Below, in pieces: positions 29,587-39,138 of a stretch of DNA of 64,000 nt. The DNA comes from a virus, in the IMG/VR virus record IMGVR_UViG_3300025108_004499; one strand, written 5' to 3'. How positions within the stretch are numbered: the stretch's first letter is position 1; each line of letters starts with the position of its first letter. The notes beneath the pieces were generated by a model. That model saw only the letters and a list, made by a program, of their open reading frames with translations. It was not told the origin of the DNA and made no database searches. A program made the position numbers and the translations under genes.

Positions 29587-30869
29587 CGTGCCTCCTCATA
29601 GTGGGCAGTTACACCAAATGGTGCTTTAGTATTCTTATCATGATGACCGTGTATAATGAATACAGTTTCACAGTAGTCTGCATCACCCCAGCTACCAAAC
29701 GGATAACCATCTGTAAACATAATAAACTTCTTAGGCTCAATGCCGTGTTCTTTCATGTATTTCCAGTTAGCATCAAAGTCAGTACCACCGCCACCTTGTA
29801 TATCGTAATCAAGCAAGTCATCACCGCCATCTGAACTAAAGTCTTGTTCATTGTAAACATCTGTATCAAAAGTCCAAAGTTTAATATTATAATCTTTGTA
29901 TTCTTCCATGATGCCTTTAATTTCACCTAAGAAATCTTTTGCTTGATGATCACCTATTGAACCACTCATGTCAAGTCCAATAGCAACATCAATGGTATCC
30001 ATAAAGTTCATACCTGGAAGTATTGCACCAGTATGCCATCCTTTACGTGAAGGACGACTAAATGTATAATCGTTACGTATTGTAGATTGTATTTGCTGAC
30101 GTAACAGTTCACGCCAGTTCATTTTAGGTTCTGTAAGTTCTTTAATAATACGTTGCACTTCTGCAGGAGTGTTACCAGCACCTGCGGCTTGTGCAGAACT
30201 TATCATGTTCTCTTTTATTTCATCACGTATTTTTTTAAGTTCATCTTTAGTATATGTAGGTCGGCCTTCGCCTTCTGCACCTTCTCCTTTACCCTTACCT
30301 TGATCTCCACCTTTAGGATCTTTCTCCCAATCAATATGTTCATCAAGTAAATCGCCAAGTGATTCTAAATACTCTTGTCCTTGTTGTTCTGCTTTTTCAA
30401 ATAAGTCGTCGTATACTGCTTCACTCATCCAACCATCATATTTAAAGTCTTGATAGCATTGTACGATCTTAACCATCTCACCAATACGGTCACGTACTAG
30501 TGTATTGTTTACGATGTAATCACATGCGATATTGTGTAGTACTGGAATACGATCTTCTCTACGTGTAATATGATCAAATACACAATGCAAAATTTCGTGT
30601 GCGATTACAAATTCTATTTCCTTATTGCTCATAGCATTAAAGAATTGTGTGTTATAATATAAATGTTTACCGTCTGTAGCGGCAGTAGGACACCAATCAT
30701 CACAGTTTTTAACAATAAGCCTAGTAGCCATATTACCAAAGAAAGGATGTCTAAGTAGTAAACCAACACGAGCAACGATAATTCTATCAGCTACGTCTAC
30801 TCGCATTTCTGCAAGTTCTTCTGGTGTAATATCTGGATTAGGTTGAAAACCTTTTATATCTATGCCCAT
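29583..30869 (-). CDS. Metallopeptidase-like + VWA domain protein (DUF2201-like)
   Basis: TAATDG, HEILH (HExxH), DMSGS MIDAS, GGGGTDF and FTDG. Confidence 0.85.
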   Translation of the reverse strand: MGIDIKGFQPNPDITPEELAEMRVDVADRIIVARVGLLLRHPFFGNMATRLIVKNCDDWCPTAATDGKHLYYNTQFFNAMSNKEIEFVIAHEILHCVFDHITRREDRIPVLHNIACDYIVNNTLVRDRIGEMVKIVQCYQDFKYDGWMSEAVYDDLFEKAEQQGQEYLESLGDLLDEHIDWEKDPKGGDQGKGKGEGAEGEGRPTYTKDELKKIRDEIKENMISSAQAAGAGNTPAEVQRIIKELTEPKMNWRELLRQQIQSTIRNDYTFSRPSRKGWHTGAILPGMNFMDTIDVAIGLDMSGSIGDHQAKDFLGEIKGIMEEYKDYNIKLWTFDTDVYNEQDFSSDGGDDLLDYDIQGGGGTDFDANWKYMKEHGIEPKKFIMFTDGYPFGSWGDADYCETVFIIHGHHDKNTKAPFGVTAHYEEAR

Positions 30870-30903
30870 ATTGTGTACTCCTTGTGTGCCATTTTATACT
30901 TAT

Positions 30904-30932
30904 AGTATACAGTATTTAATACCATTTGTCAA
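30904..30932 (-). promoter_or_regulatory. Sigma70-type early promoter for the VWA gene
   Basis: Minus strand TTGACA-N17-TATACT. Confidence 0.75.
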
Positions 30933-30946
30933 TAGTTTTGGTAAAA

Positions 30947-30981
30947 TATTGGGCAAGGTCTTATGCATGCCTTGCCCAATA
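30947..30981 (-). terminator. Probable intrinsic terminator after the AAA ATPase
   Basis: 12-bp perfect stem TATTGGGCAAGG/CCTTGCCCAATA with an 11-nt loop, followed by TTTT on the minus strand. Confidence 0.6.
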
Positions 30982-30993
30982 CTACCGTGCCTA

Positions 30994-32082
30994 TTAGGCA
31001 CTCTGTGCGGCTTGGATATACTTACCAAAACGCTCATGGAACTCATCAAAACATTCTACTTCATCTGGGTCTATTGGAAGTGAATATTGTGTTAGAGCTA
31101 GTTTGATACCCATAACAACTAATTCAGTATCAAAGTTATCCATTGCAAAACGTAAAAAGTTATTTACTTTGTTGTCAAACTTCTTATCGTTTTTATCGCA
31201 GGCGTCTTTAAGTTCATAGCAAAGTGAAACAGTCAAGGAATACATGGCACTGATTTCTTTAGTTTCACAATCCTTAACCTTACCTTCAAGTATGTCAGTA
31301 GGGTCAGGAAGTTTTGAAGCAACCTTACGATGCGCCATAAACTTAACGGCAAGTCCTTCGCCGACAGAACCACTTACCAAATCGGTAGTGGTGTTCTCAT
31401 CATCATCGTCTTCGATAAGCTCGGAAACAAATGACCAAGAACGAGGTGTAGCAAACGAACGACTTGGGCTCTTTGGATCAAAGTCATACAAGTCCTTCTT
31501 GCTAAATGTCAAGTAACCAACAACATCTTGGTGTATGTCGTGGTCTACTGCCCACTGGAACCAGTCATCAAAATCAACTGCTAGTTCTAAGTGAACAAAT
31601 CTATTTGCTAACGGAGCAGGCATTCTGTACGTAACACCTTTGTCAGCATCTCTATTACCAGCCGCAACAATAAGAACATTGTCTGGCAGTTTGTATTGTC
31701 CAATACGTCTGTTAAGAATAAGTTGGTAAGCCGCCGCTTGTACAGCCGGAGCCGCAGAATTCATTTCGTCTAAGAACAATACGATATAATCGAATTGTTT
31801 TGCAAACTCTTCTGTTGGAAGTTCTTGTGGCGGTGCCCAAGCCATTACATTATCATTTGCTGAATAGTATGGAATACCTTTAATATCTGTAGGTTCCCAT
31901 AGTGACAAACGAATGTCAATTAAGTGTGAATTTTTTAGTTGTTGTGTAATTTGTCCAACGATATCAGACTTACCAATACCTGGAGGTCCCCACATAAACA
32001 CAGGACGTTTTTTCTTGAAAGCTCGCATAATGCTTTTTTTAGCGCCATTGGGCGAAACAGTACGTAGTGCAGTATTTTCCAT
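30994..32082 (-). CDS. MoxR-like AAA+ ATPase
   Basis: Walker A GPPGIGKS, Walker B LFLDE, AAGN and LANRF. Start at MENTAL after GAGGA. Confidence 0.85.
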   Translation of the reverse strand: MENTALRTVSPNGAKKSIMRAFKKKRPVFMWGPPGIGKSDIVGQITQQLKNSHLIDIRLSLWEPTDIKGIPYYSANDNVMAWAPPQELPTEEFAKQFDYIVLFLDEMNSAAPAVQAAAYQLILNRRIGQYKLPDNVLIVAAGNRDADKGVTYRMPAPLANRFVHLELAVDFDDWFQWAVDHDIHQDVVGYLTFSKKDLYDFDPKSPSRSFATPRSWSFVSELIEDDDDENTTTDLVSGSVGEGLAVKFMAHRKVASKLPDPTDILEGKVKDCETKEISAMYSLTVSLCYELKDACDKNDKKFDNKVNNFLRFAMDNFDTELVVMGIKLALTQYSLPIDPDEVECFDEFHERFGKYIQAAQSA

Positions 32083-32138
32083 ATTATATTCCTCTTCTAT
32101 TGTTATCAGTGCCATACTTTATTTCTAAGTATGTATAT

Positions 32139-32167
32139 ATAATACACTAAGTTATGCCAGAAGTCAA
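32139..32167 (-). promoter_or_regulatory. Sigma70-type early promoter for the AAA ATPase
   Basis: TTGACT-N17-TATTAT on the minus strand. Confidence 0.65.
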
Positions 32168-32346
32168 CCACTTTTGGACGTTTTTTACAATTTATTTTTT
32201 TCGTACCATTTAATAGAACCTATGCGACAGACACCTTAAATGTACGATTTTCACGTCTAAATGGCTCTTAAACTGCGTTTAACGTTTTTCTGGGGTGTTT
32301 GTATGTATTAGACTATAAGACCGTTATAAGAGCATTTAATGACGTT

Positions 32347-32727
32347 TTATTCGTGCCGTTTCATGGCCTTTGTAAGTCCGTACTTGCGTAAGTCACCACT
32401 AAAAAGATGTAATTCCATGCTCTTTTTTTCGTCTGTAACCCATATACTGTATGTGGTTAGATAGTAAGGGCATGTAATAAATTGGTCTAAAAATATGTAA
32501 GTTTGTGTCGTAAATTTGAAATCCCTAGGAAAAGGAATTTCATACATCTGTATATCTAATTTTTCTTGTAAAAAATCAAAGCCGTCTTCAGTAAGTCTTA
32601 GTCCGCCTGTTACTTTACCTCTGGTGTTTTGCCACCAGTCTGACATATACTGTTTAACATTGGCATCGCTAATAGCAATGTCTGATTGCTTTAGAAAGAC
32701 TTTAGTATATGTTTCTTTCCAGTTCAT
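32347..32727 (-). CDS. Hypothetical protein
   Basis: 126 aa containing GGLRLT; ATGA-coupled to the upstream gene. Confidence 0.6.
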   Translation of the reverse strand: MNWKETYTKVFLKQSDIAISDANVKQYMSDWWQNTRGKVTGGLRLTEDGFDFLQEKLDIQMYEIPFPRDFKFTTQTYIFLDQFITCPYYLTTYSIWVTDEKKSMELHLFSGDLRKYGLTKAMKRHE

Positions 32728-33014
32728 TCATCTGTAACCAGTTCACCTGAGGTAAGTTTATATACTGCGAAGTCTTCACTTCTAAATAAATCGTTTAATT
32801 TTTTTGCTAGATTGTGTGCATGTCCTGGATTACTAAAGGATACTTTTTTATACTTTGGTCCAGGATAGTTTGTTATTGCGTTTGATGTCTTTAGATTAAA
32901 CGGAGCACCTTTAAAAAACACAGCCCAAATAGCTTCAGCCTGTAAAACTTGCTCGCACTTATAAGATGCTTTGTCAACATTTTCTAAAATAATCGTTGGT
33001 TTTGGTCTACTCAT
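32724..33014 (-). CDS. Hypothetical protein (MSRPKP... family)
   Basis: 96 aa; AAGGA SD and ATAAATA late-type motif upstream. Confidence 0.6.
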   Translation of the reverse strand: MSRPKPTIILENVDKASYKCEQVLQAEAIWAVFFKGAPFNLKTSNAITNYPGPKYKKVSFSNPGHAHNLAKKLNDLFRSEDFAVYKLTSGELVTDE

Positions 33015-33079
33015 ATGCGTATCCTTTTAATTAACTACGCATATATTTATCTTTTTTTATTAGAAAACTACCACTATAA

Positions 33080-33322
33080 TTAGACGTCTTGTGTATTTCT
33101 ATATTCTAATAGTATCTTTAATTGATTTTTATCAATACAAAATACGTGTTCAATTTTTTCCATTCGACCTTCGTAGTCTTGTATTAGTTTTTCAACTAGA
33201 GTTGGATAAAATTGAGGATCTGTTATACTACCTATACATTGATCTTCTGAATCAAATGTAGGTTTTGTAAAAATATACGGATCACCTTGATTAAAAAATA
33301 ATACTAATATGAACCACTTCAT
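33080..33322 (-). CDS. Hypothetical protein
   Basis: 80 aa with hydrophobic N-terminus; ATGA-coupled. Confidence 0.5.
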   Translation of the reverse strand: MKWFILVLFFNQGDPYIFTKPTFDSEDQCIGSITDPQFYPTLVEKLIQDYEGRMEKIEHVFCIDKNQLKILLEYRNTQDV

Positions 33323-33567
33323 TTCCAGTCTCCACCGCCGTCCATAGTAACTGTTACAGGTTCATCATCTGCACTAGATTTATTATCAATAATAAGTTTT
33401 TCTAGTCTTCCTTGATGATTTGCCATTACAGTTCCTAGGGCGTATACAAGTGCTTTGGCTTGTGCTAGTGGAATTCTGATTTCTTTTTGGTTAGTAGTTT
33501 CAGCAGTCTTTACAATTTGTATAAACTGTTGAATTGGTATAGTATTAATTGGTTCGTTTGTTTGCAT
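33319..33567 (-). CDS. Hypothetical protein
   Basis: 82-aa ORF in the operon. Confidence 0.55.
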   Translation of the reverse strand: MQTNEPINTIPIQQFIQIVKTAETTNQKEIRIPLAQAKALVYALGTVMANHQGRLEKLIIDNKSSADDEPVTVTMDGGGDWK

Positions 33568-34024
33568 CTGAAAGTTCCTGCCTCATTGTAAATTCAGTTT
33601 TGAAAGGACCTCTGTAATCATACTTTTCAAGTGTGACTAGTTTAGGACAAAAACTTCGGACCCAACCCTTGTCAAAGTGAATAATGTAATATCCTGCCGC
33701 ATACAAACTCTTAGACTTTTTACTTTTAGTAAAGAGCGGTAATTTCTTTTGTACATTATACATTACATTGTAAGGTGTACTAGACGTTGAAAAACCGTGT
33801 ATTTCTTTAGTAGCAGAACTACCGTCTGATATAGTTGCTTTATCGTAACTAATACCGCCAATAAAACTATTAAAAGATTTAATATCAGTAAAGTAATCTG
33901 TTCCAGATGAACAACTATACATATATCTTTTGTCTTCTTGTTTTGATAGTGTACCAATACGTTCACCATCTTTTTCTACAATCCAAAATTTGTTCTTTAG
34001 GATTGGTTTTGCCTTAAGTGTCAT
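33545..34024 (-). CDS. Hypothetical protein
   Basis: Start at MTLKAKP after GGAGG; C-terminal FCPKL...GPFKT. Confidence 0.6.
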   Translation of the reverse strand: MTLKAKPILKNKFWIVEKDGERIGTLSKQEDKRYMYSCSSGTDYFTDIKSFNSFIGGISYDKATISDGSSATKEIHGFSTSSTPYNVMYNVQKKLPLFTKSKKSKSLYAAGYYIIHFDKGWVRSFCPKLVTLEKYDYRGPFKTEFTMRQELSDANKRTN

Positions 34025-34037
34025 TTTTGCCTCCATG

Positions 34038-35021
34038 TTATGAATACCTCGCATTGAGTGGATCAGCATATAACTGAACATTGTCTGCAATACGTTGCAT
34101 ATCGTGTTTAGCACAAAATTTCATTAAACGCATACCTACCTGTGTAACTTCTTTTGCAACCATGTTGTCTTCTATTACATCGTTAATAATACTTCTAATG
34201 TCGCCGGGTTGTGCAGTTAAATCACAAAGGACAACGTTACGTTGATAGTCATCAAGTACACGATGTTCTACACCTTCATGATCAGTCCAGCGTTGTAGCA
34301 TCATGTTGTTCCAGTTGTAACCTTTGTTGTCTTTATCTTCAAATGCTTCAATAAGACCAACTTTGTTCTTAGTACCTTTTGTACGTACACCAGGGTAAGC
34401 ACTGAACACATTATCACTTGTGTCACCACGCATACACTTTTCAAACAACATAAATTCTGGATTAGGAGCAGGCTTCGCCTCTTTAGTTTTCTTGTCAATA
34501 ACAGGTTGCTTCTTCTTATCATCAAAGTAACCTTCATGTGAAATAATTGTATTACTAACACCATTGTACTGTGTTACATTAGGTGCAATAAGTTGTGCAA
34601 AGTCACCGTCAGTACTAATAATAACATGATTATCATTAGGATGTGCTTGTACCCAACCTGCAATAAGATCATCTGCTTCTAGTTGTGGATGTTGCATTAC
34701 AGTACAGTTAGTCTTTGTACTTACAAAGTCTTTGAACTCATCAAACATCTCCCAAAACACTTTATCTTCTTCAGCCTGCGATTCAGTAAGTGCATCACGT
34801 GCAACCTTTCTGTTACGCTTGTAAGGCTCGTAAAAGTCCTTACGCCAGCTACGTCCTTCTAAACAGAACACAACATGACTGCCGTCAAAGTCAGCCCATG
34901 CTTTCTTAATACTGCTTAGTGTAATATGAAAAGCCATGCCTATCTTTGTATCAAGATCACCACGTATAACGTGTCTTGCACGGAAAAATGTATTAGCTGT
35001 GTCTACTAGAATGTATGTCAT
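34038..35021 (-). CDS. rnh: 5'-3' exonuclease / T4-type RNase H (FEN family)
   Basis: ILVDTAN, SWRK...YKRNR, EADDLIA, STDGDF.QL and GDTSDNV. Confidence 0.85.
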   Translation of the reverse strand: MTYILVDTANTFFRARHVIRGDLDTKIGMAFHITLSSIKKAWADFDGSHVVFCLEGRSWRKDFYEPYKRNRKVARDALTESQAEEDKVFWEMFDEFKDFVSTKTNCTVMQHPQLEADDLIAGWVQAHPNDNHVIISTDGDFAQLIAPNVTQYNGVSNTIISHEGYFDDKKKQPVIDKKTKEAKPAPNPEFMLFEKCMRGDTSDNVFSAYPGVRTKGTKNKVGLIEAFEDKDNKGYNWNNMMLQRWTDHEGVEHRVLDDYQRNVVLCDLTAQPGDIRSIINDVIEDNMVAKEVTQVGMRLMKFCAKHDMQRIADNVQLYADPLNARYS

Positions 35022-35050
35022 TAGTTTGCCTTTGTAATTATTATAGTAGT

Positions 35051-35079
35051 ATTATAGCACCAGATCTGGCTTTTGTCAA
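35051..35079 (-). promoter_or_regulatory. Consensus sigma70 promoter for rnh
   Basis: TTGACA-N17-TATAAT with extended -10 (TGc). Confidence 0.8.
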
Positions 35080-35082
35080 GCA

Positions 35083-35466
35083 TTATTTAACTTCAGCTTT
35101 ACCATTATCGTCTGCTTTACTAGTATTGATATACCCCATACCGCGATTAGGTTCTTGACCTTCTTCATCTAAAACTTGTGTAGCAATAGTTCTAAACCAT
35201 TGATCTATAATCTGTTCTGGTTCTTCACCTTGATATCCTGCATCAATAAGTTGTTCAATAAACTCGTTATTCCAATCGAGCTCAAAGAACCCGTTCTTAA
35301 TGTTATCTGGATTCACTTGTGTATCTAGTACTGCTACCCAAGGCTTTTTATCTTTAGTTGCTTGTGCTTTTTCTTTTTCAAGAATAGCTCTGCGTTCTTC
35401 TTCTGCAGAAAGTACTTTTACTTTTTCGGGTTTCATACCCAATGCTTTTTTTACTTTATCTAACAT
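35083..35466 (-). CDS. Hypothetical protein
   Basis: 127 aa; GFFELDWN motif. Confidence 0.6.
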   Translation of the reverse strand: MLDKVKKALGMKPEKVKVLSAEEERRAILEKEKAQATKDKKPWVAVLDTQVNPDNIKNGFFELDWNNEFIEQLIDAGYQGEEPEQIIDQWFRTIATQVLDEEGQEPNRGMGYINTSKADDNGKAEVK

Positions 35467-35551
35467 ATATCACCATCCTGCCTTTCTTATTTTATCTTCG
35501 TTAATAGGCGCCTTCATCGCCCTTTCGTGTTGCTTGTTCTTGTATTTTGCA

Positions 35552-36460
35552 TCAAGTGCCCCACGCATTTCCGAAGAGTGAAATGTGTAGTCTGGGGGTA
35601 AATCTCCACCCTTCGGCCATACACGCTTCAGCCACGTCTTTAACGTTGAGGGCATATTCTTCACTGCGTCCGCCCAACGGCATAAGATATACTGGACATT
35701 CCAACCCGGCACCTCTGTAAGCTTCAACAGCTCTTTTGACTTCATCAAAGTCACCTTGAGTAGCGACAACAAACTTAAGATACATGTCGCTGTCAGTAAC
35801 AAGCTGATACTCACTAGCCACGTCAGGCTTAATAGCAGTATCCCAAGGTTCTCCGCTAACGCTAAGTTTCGGGGAACAAGACCAAGTGACTTGGATTCTA
35901 TCTTGATCATTAAGATAGTTAAAGAAATCTTCGTGTAAATGTTGTGTAGTGTTTGTTTCAAATGTAACATTTTTTAAATCCTTCATACGTGGATGTTCAA
36001 ATAAATCAATGTAGAGCCTTTGCCACGCTAATAACGGCTCACCACCTGTTAAGATAAGGTGAACATCTTGTCCATTATCTTGTACCCATTTACCATTAGG
36101 AGTAAGTGATAGTAAATGTTCAACAACAGCATCAACACCTGCTAGTTTATTAAAATGTTTAAACTCTGGATAGATACTTGCATATGTATCACAGCCTGTA
36201 TGTATGATAGGCAAGTCGTTAAACTCTTTTGTAGTTTCGTGTACACCTTGGTTAATAAGTTCCATTACTTCTGCGTTATGTTTCTTACCTGCTTTATGTT
36301 GTTCCCAACGGTCACGTTTTTCATCTGTACCAAAGTTCATGCAACGAAAGTTACAACCAAATGTACGTAAGAATACACTAGGTACTCCTACAAATTTGCC
36401 TTCACCTTGTACACTATAAAATGCTTCTGAATATCTTAATTGTTTTTCTTTACTTTCCAC
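35552..36460 (-). CDS. queE: 7-carboxy-7-deazaguanine synthase (radical SAM)
   Basis: EAFYSVQGEG...VFLRTFGCNFRC...CDT, TGGEPL, ETN, SPKL and RLH. GTG start after AGGAG; lies next to folE. Confidence 0.85.
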   Translation of the reverse strand: MESKEKQLRYSEAFYSVQGEGKFVGVPSVFLRTFGCNFRCMNFGTDEKRDRWEQHKAGKKHNAEVMELINQGVHETTKEFNDLPIIHTGCDTYASIYPEFKHFNKLAGVDAVVEHLLSLTPNGKWVQDNGQDVHLILTGGEPLLAWQRLYIDLFEHPRMKDLKNVTFETNTTQHLHEDFFNYLNDQDRIQVTWSCSPKLSVSGEPWDTAIKPDVASEYQLVTDSDMYLKFVVATQGDFDEVKRAVEAYRGAGLECPVYLMPLGGRSEEYALNVKDVAEACMAEGWRFTPRLHISLFGNAWGT

Positions 36461-37139
36461 AAGCAAACTCCTGTTGCAGTTTAATGTTATCCATAAACTC
36501 TTTTTTAGTACCTGCGTCATCTTTAAACGCACCTTTGAGTACAGTTGTTTGTGTAAGACTACTATGTGCCTTAACACCTCTGTTCTCTACACAACCATGC
36601 GTTGCTTGTACATAAACACCTAAGTGTTCTGCATCTGTTGCTTTTTGTATTTCGCGAGCAATATCATTTGCAAGTTCTTCTTGCAATGTACCACGTTCAG
36701 CACACCATTGTGCAATACGGGTGTATTTACTTAGTCCAATTAATTTGTCTGCGGCAATAATACCAATGTATGCAACACCTTTTACAATCTGATGATGATG
36801 CGAACACATACTTGTAAGTTCACTTCTAACAACTAACATACCTTCATAACGATCCATACTGTCATTTGGAAATGCTGTCGCTTTTGGAATTGGATCATAA
36901 CGTCCTGCCATTAATTCATTAATATACATCTTTGCTAGACGTTTACCAGTTCCCATACTATTAGGATCATTATGCCTGTCAATTACGAGTGAGTCTAGTA
37001 CACTCTCAAAGGCTACAGTTGCTTCGTCAATTAGTGCTTCTTTGTCGCCTTCTAATAAAACGTCACTGATGTTGTCACCAGCCCAAGATCTAATGCCAGC
37101 CTCTTCTAACCTTGCTTTAATTTCTTCACTTTTGTTCAT
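36450..37139 (-). CDS. folE: GTP cyclohydrolase I
   Basis: SMCSHH, GLSKYTR, LQEEL and HGCVENRGV. Confidence 0.92.
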   Translation of the reverse strand: MNKSEEIKARLEEAGIRSWAGDNISDVLLEGDKEALIDEATVAFESVLDSLVIDRHNDPNSMGTGKRLAKMYINELMAGRYDPIPKATAFPNDSMDRYEGMLVVRSELTSMCSHHHQIVKGVAYIGIIAADKLIGLSKYTRIAQWCAERGTLQEELANDIAREIQKATDAEHLGVYVQATHGCVENRGVKAHSSLTQTTVLKGAFKDDAGTKKEFMDNIKLQQEFACGK

Positions 37140-37184
37140 TTAGTTCTCCGATGTTAAGGCAGTGGATTGCCTGTAATAGTTTAT

Positions 37185-37213
37185 ATTATACAATATATTT
37201 AGGTCTGTGTCAA
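37185..37213 (-). promoter_or_regulatory. Consensus sigma70 promoter for folE-queE
   Basis: TTGACA-N17-TATAAT; the spacer also contains TAAATA. Confidence 0.8.
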
Positions 37214-38022
37214 CCTTTTTTAACATAATTTAAGTAGTCTTTAGCAATTAATTCATGTATATGCTTAGTATAATGCTCGCCGTCGACTCTATGTTCGTCC
37301 GTTTCTATGTTAATGGCTTTTGCTAATTGCAAATAACCTTCTGCGGACGATGATGCTTTTGTACCTGCTTGCCAATCTCCGTAAAGCTCAACATTGTCAG
37401 GAACAAATACTCTATTGTTAATCGTCCATTGATACCATTTAATATCTCGTCTAGCACACATAGTATCAATTGCTAATAAGTCTAAACAATAGTCTTTGTA
37501 TTGTAAAGGTGTTACTAGCTCGTGCCAAAGTTTTGTGTAGATATATTTTTCATGAAAGGGTTTAAAGTCTGCTTGTACTTTCATATCGTCAAAAAAGAAA
37601 CCTTTAAATTCTTCGTAGTTTTCTTTTCTAACTTGATCAATCATTTCAATGTAATTTTCAGTTACACGATGATCTGTATATCTTTTTATCTTTTCGTCTT
37701 TTGGTTGATTGTCATCTAAGAACAAATCTACATTTGTATTTTCACCAACATCTAAGTTACGTGAACATGCAAGTAAGAATCTATTCCAATATGTACTTTG
37801 CACAAATACTTCATCAATGTCATCATAACGATCAAGCATTGATTTAACCCAAGCAGGATATTTTCTGTTACATCCACCTGGTTGACTATAGATAATAACT
37901 TCTTTATTATTTTCTTCGGCATATATCTCAGCATAGTTATTATCTTGCCATGCTGAGATTGTATCACCGATTTCAGAGTATCCGTGTGCGTGACTATCGC
38001 CGATGAATAGTGTTTTAGTCAT
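37210..38022 (-). CDS. SGNH/GDSL-like protein
   Basis: FIGDSH block I and C-terminal DGEH (DxxH). Confidence 0.5.
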   Translation of the reverse strand: MTKTLFIGDSHAHGYSEIGDTISAWQDNNYAEIYAEENNKEVIIYSQPGGCNRKYPAWVKSMLDRYDDIDEVFVQSTYWNRFLLACSRNLDVGENTNVDLFLDDNQPKDEKIKRYTDHRVTENYIEMIDQVRKENYEEFKGFFFDDMKVQADFKPFHEKYIYTKLWHELVTPLQYKDYCLDLLAIDTMCARRDIKWYQWTINNRVFVPDNVELYGDWQAGTKASSSAEGYLQLAKAINIETDEHRVDGEHYTKHIHELIAKDYLNYVKKG

Positions 38023-38221
38023 TAAAATACTTGTTCAACATTTCTAGTCTATCATCAGCAGTTGCCATAGCATCTAATTCTTTTTGAATTGTTTCGATGA
38101 TGTCTGAATGTTCGCCAATGCCTACAACCTTTTCCATATACACATTAATATTAGTTTTGTGTAATAGGACTTCTGCTTCGGCATGTTTTCTTGCCGCTTC
38201 AATCATTTGCTGTTTCAACAT
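38015..38221 (-). CDS. Hypothetical protein
   Basis: 68 aa; VGIGEHSDI motif; AAGGA SD. Confidence 0.6.
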   Translation of the reverse strand: MLKQQMIEAARKHAEAEVLLHKTNINVYMEKVVGIGEHSDIIETIQKELDAMATADDRLEMLNKYFND

Positions 38222-38567
38222 AAGTTCCTTTCCTGTAGTTTCCTTGTTTAGGTATTACGTGTCGTACGCCGCCGCGTGGATCATCCATATCGCCTTTGCG
38301 CCTAGGAATTAAGTGAACGTGTGGATAGTTAACAGTTTGTCCTGCCGCTTCTCCAACGTTTTGTCCGATGTTGAACGCATCACAGTATCCACGTTCAACC
38401 CAATCATAGCCCCATTTATATGCGGCCTCCATACATTTTGTTAGTCCTCTCCAGTCTTCTTGTTTAGGCACAAAAAGAATGTGTCCTTCAGTAACCGGAT
38501 AGCCATCTTTGTATACTGTAAAGTCTTTTGACTCAATTAGTACATCTGTCCAAGGTTTAGAATCCAT
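38199..38567 (-). CDS. HIT family nucleotide hydrolase
   Basis: GHILFVP and AGQTV.YPHVHLIPR (one triad His replaced). Confidence 0.85.
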   Translation of the reverse strand: MDSKPWTDVLIESKDFTVYKDGYPVTEGHILFVPKQEDWRGLTKCMEAAYKWGYDWVERGYCDAFNIGQNVGEAAGQTVNYPHVHLIPRRKGDMDDPRGGVRHVIPKQGNYRKGTYVETAND

Positions 38568-39138
38568 AATTAAATGCCACCATTATACGTTCTTTATCTG
38601 TAAGTTGTTGTTCAACTTTATGATGCAAATGACTTGGAAAGATAATTAAACTTCCTGTCATTGCCGCACAAGTTACATTAGGAGAGTTTGCTTCATTTAG
38701 TTCTGAAACATTTACTCTCGGCCAGTTAGCTTTCATATTAGGATTAACAAGTGTTAGTCCTGGATGATCTTGATCTGCTTGAATATAGTATACTCCACTC
38801 CATGTGTCTGGAAGATGATTATGTTCTTCGTGGTAAGTGTACTTACGATTAATACTAAACCAACTGCTCTTAAGTGAAGGCGTATGTTGTAGTTTAGTTT
38901 CTTTATGACACTCTTTTACACTTGCATCAATAAAGTTTTTTAAATCTTCAAACAACGGATGTTCTAAAATACTTTCACTGCCGTATGATGTATATCCGTT
39001 AGCAGTATATCTTATAGGAGATTTATCTGTTTTTTCTTTTGCTAAAAGCTCTTTAACTACAGACTTTTGTAGCTCTTGAGCTTTGTCGTATACAGCTCTA
39101 AATACTTGTGTTGGAAATATAAACTGCTTCTCAATCAT
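38557..39138 (-). CDS. Putative 2OG-Fe(II) oxygenase (TIGR02466-like)
   Basis: HNH...SGVYY...IFPS.L.H.V...RI..AFN. Confidence 0.75.
   Translation of the reverse strand: MIEKQFIFPTQVFRAVYDKAQELQKSVVKELLAKEKTDKSPIRYTANGYTSYGSESILEHPLFEDLKNFIDASVKECHKETKLQHTPSLKSSWFSINRKYTYHEEHNHLPDTWSGVYYIQADQDHPGLTLVNPNMKANWPRVNVSELNEANSPNVTCAAMTGSLIIFPSHLHHKVEQQLTDKERIMVAFNYGF

Noticed and set aside
35470-35970. 166-aa ORF overlapping queE
   Set aside because: Mostly an alternative frame of queE. Only the last ~32 codons (35470-35568) might be a real small gene, and this cannot be supported further.
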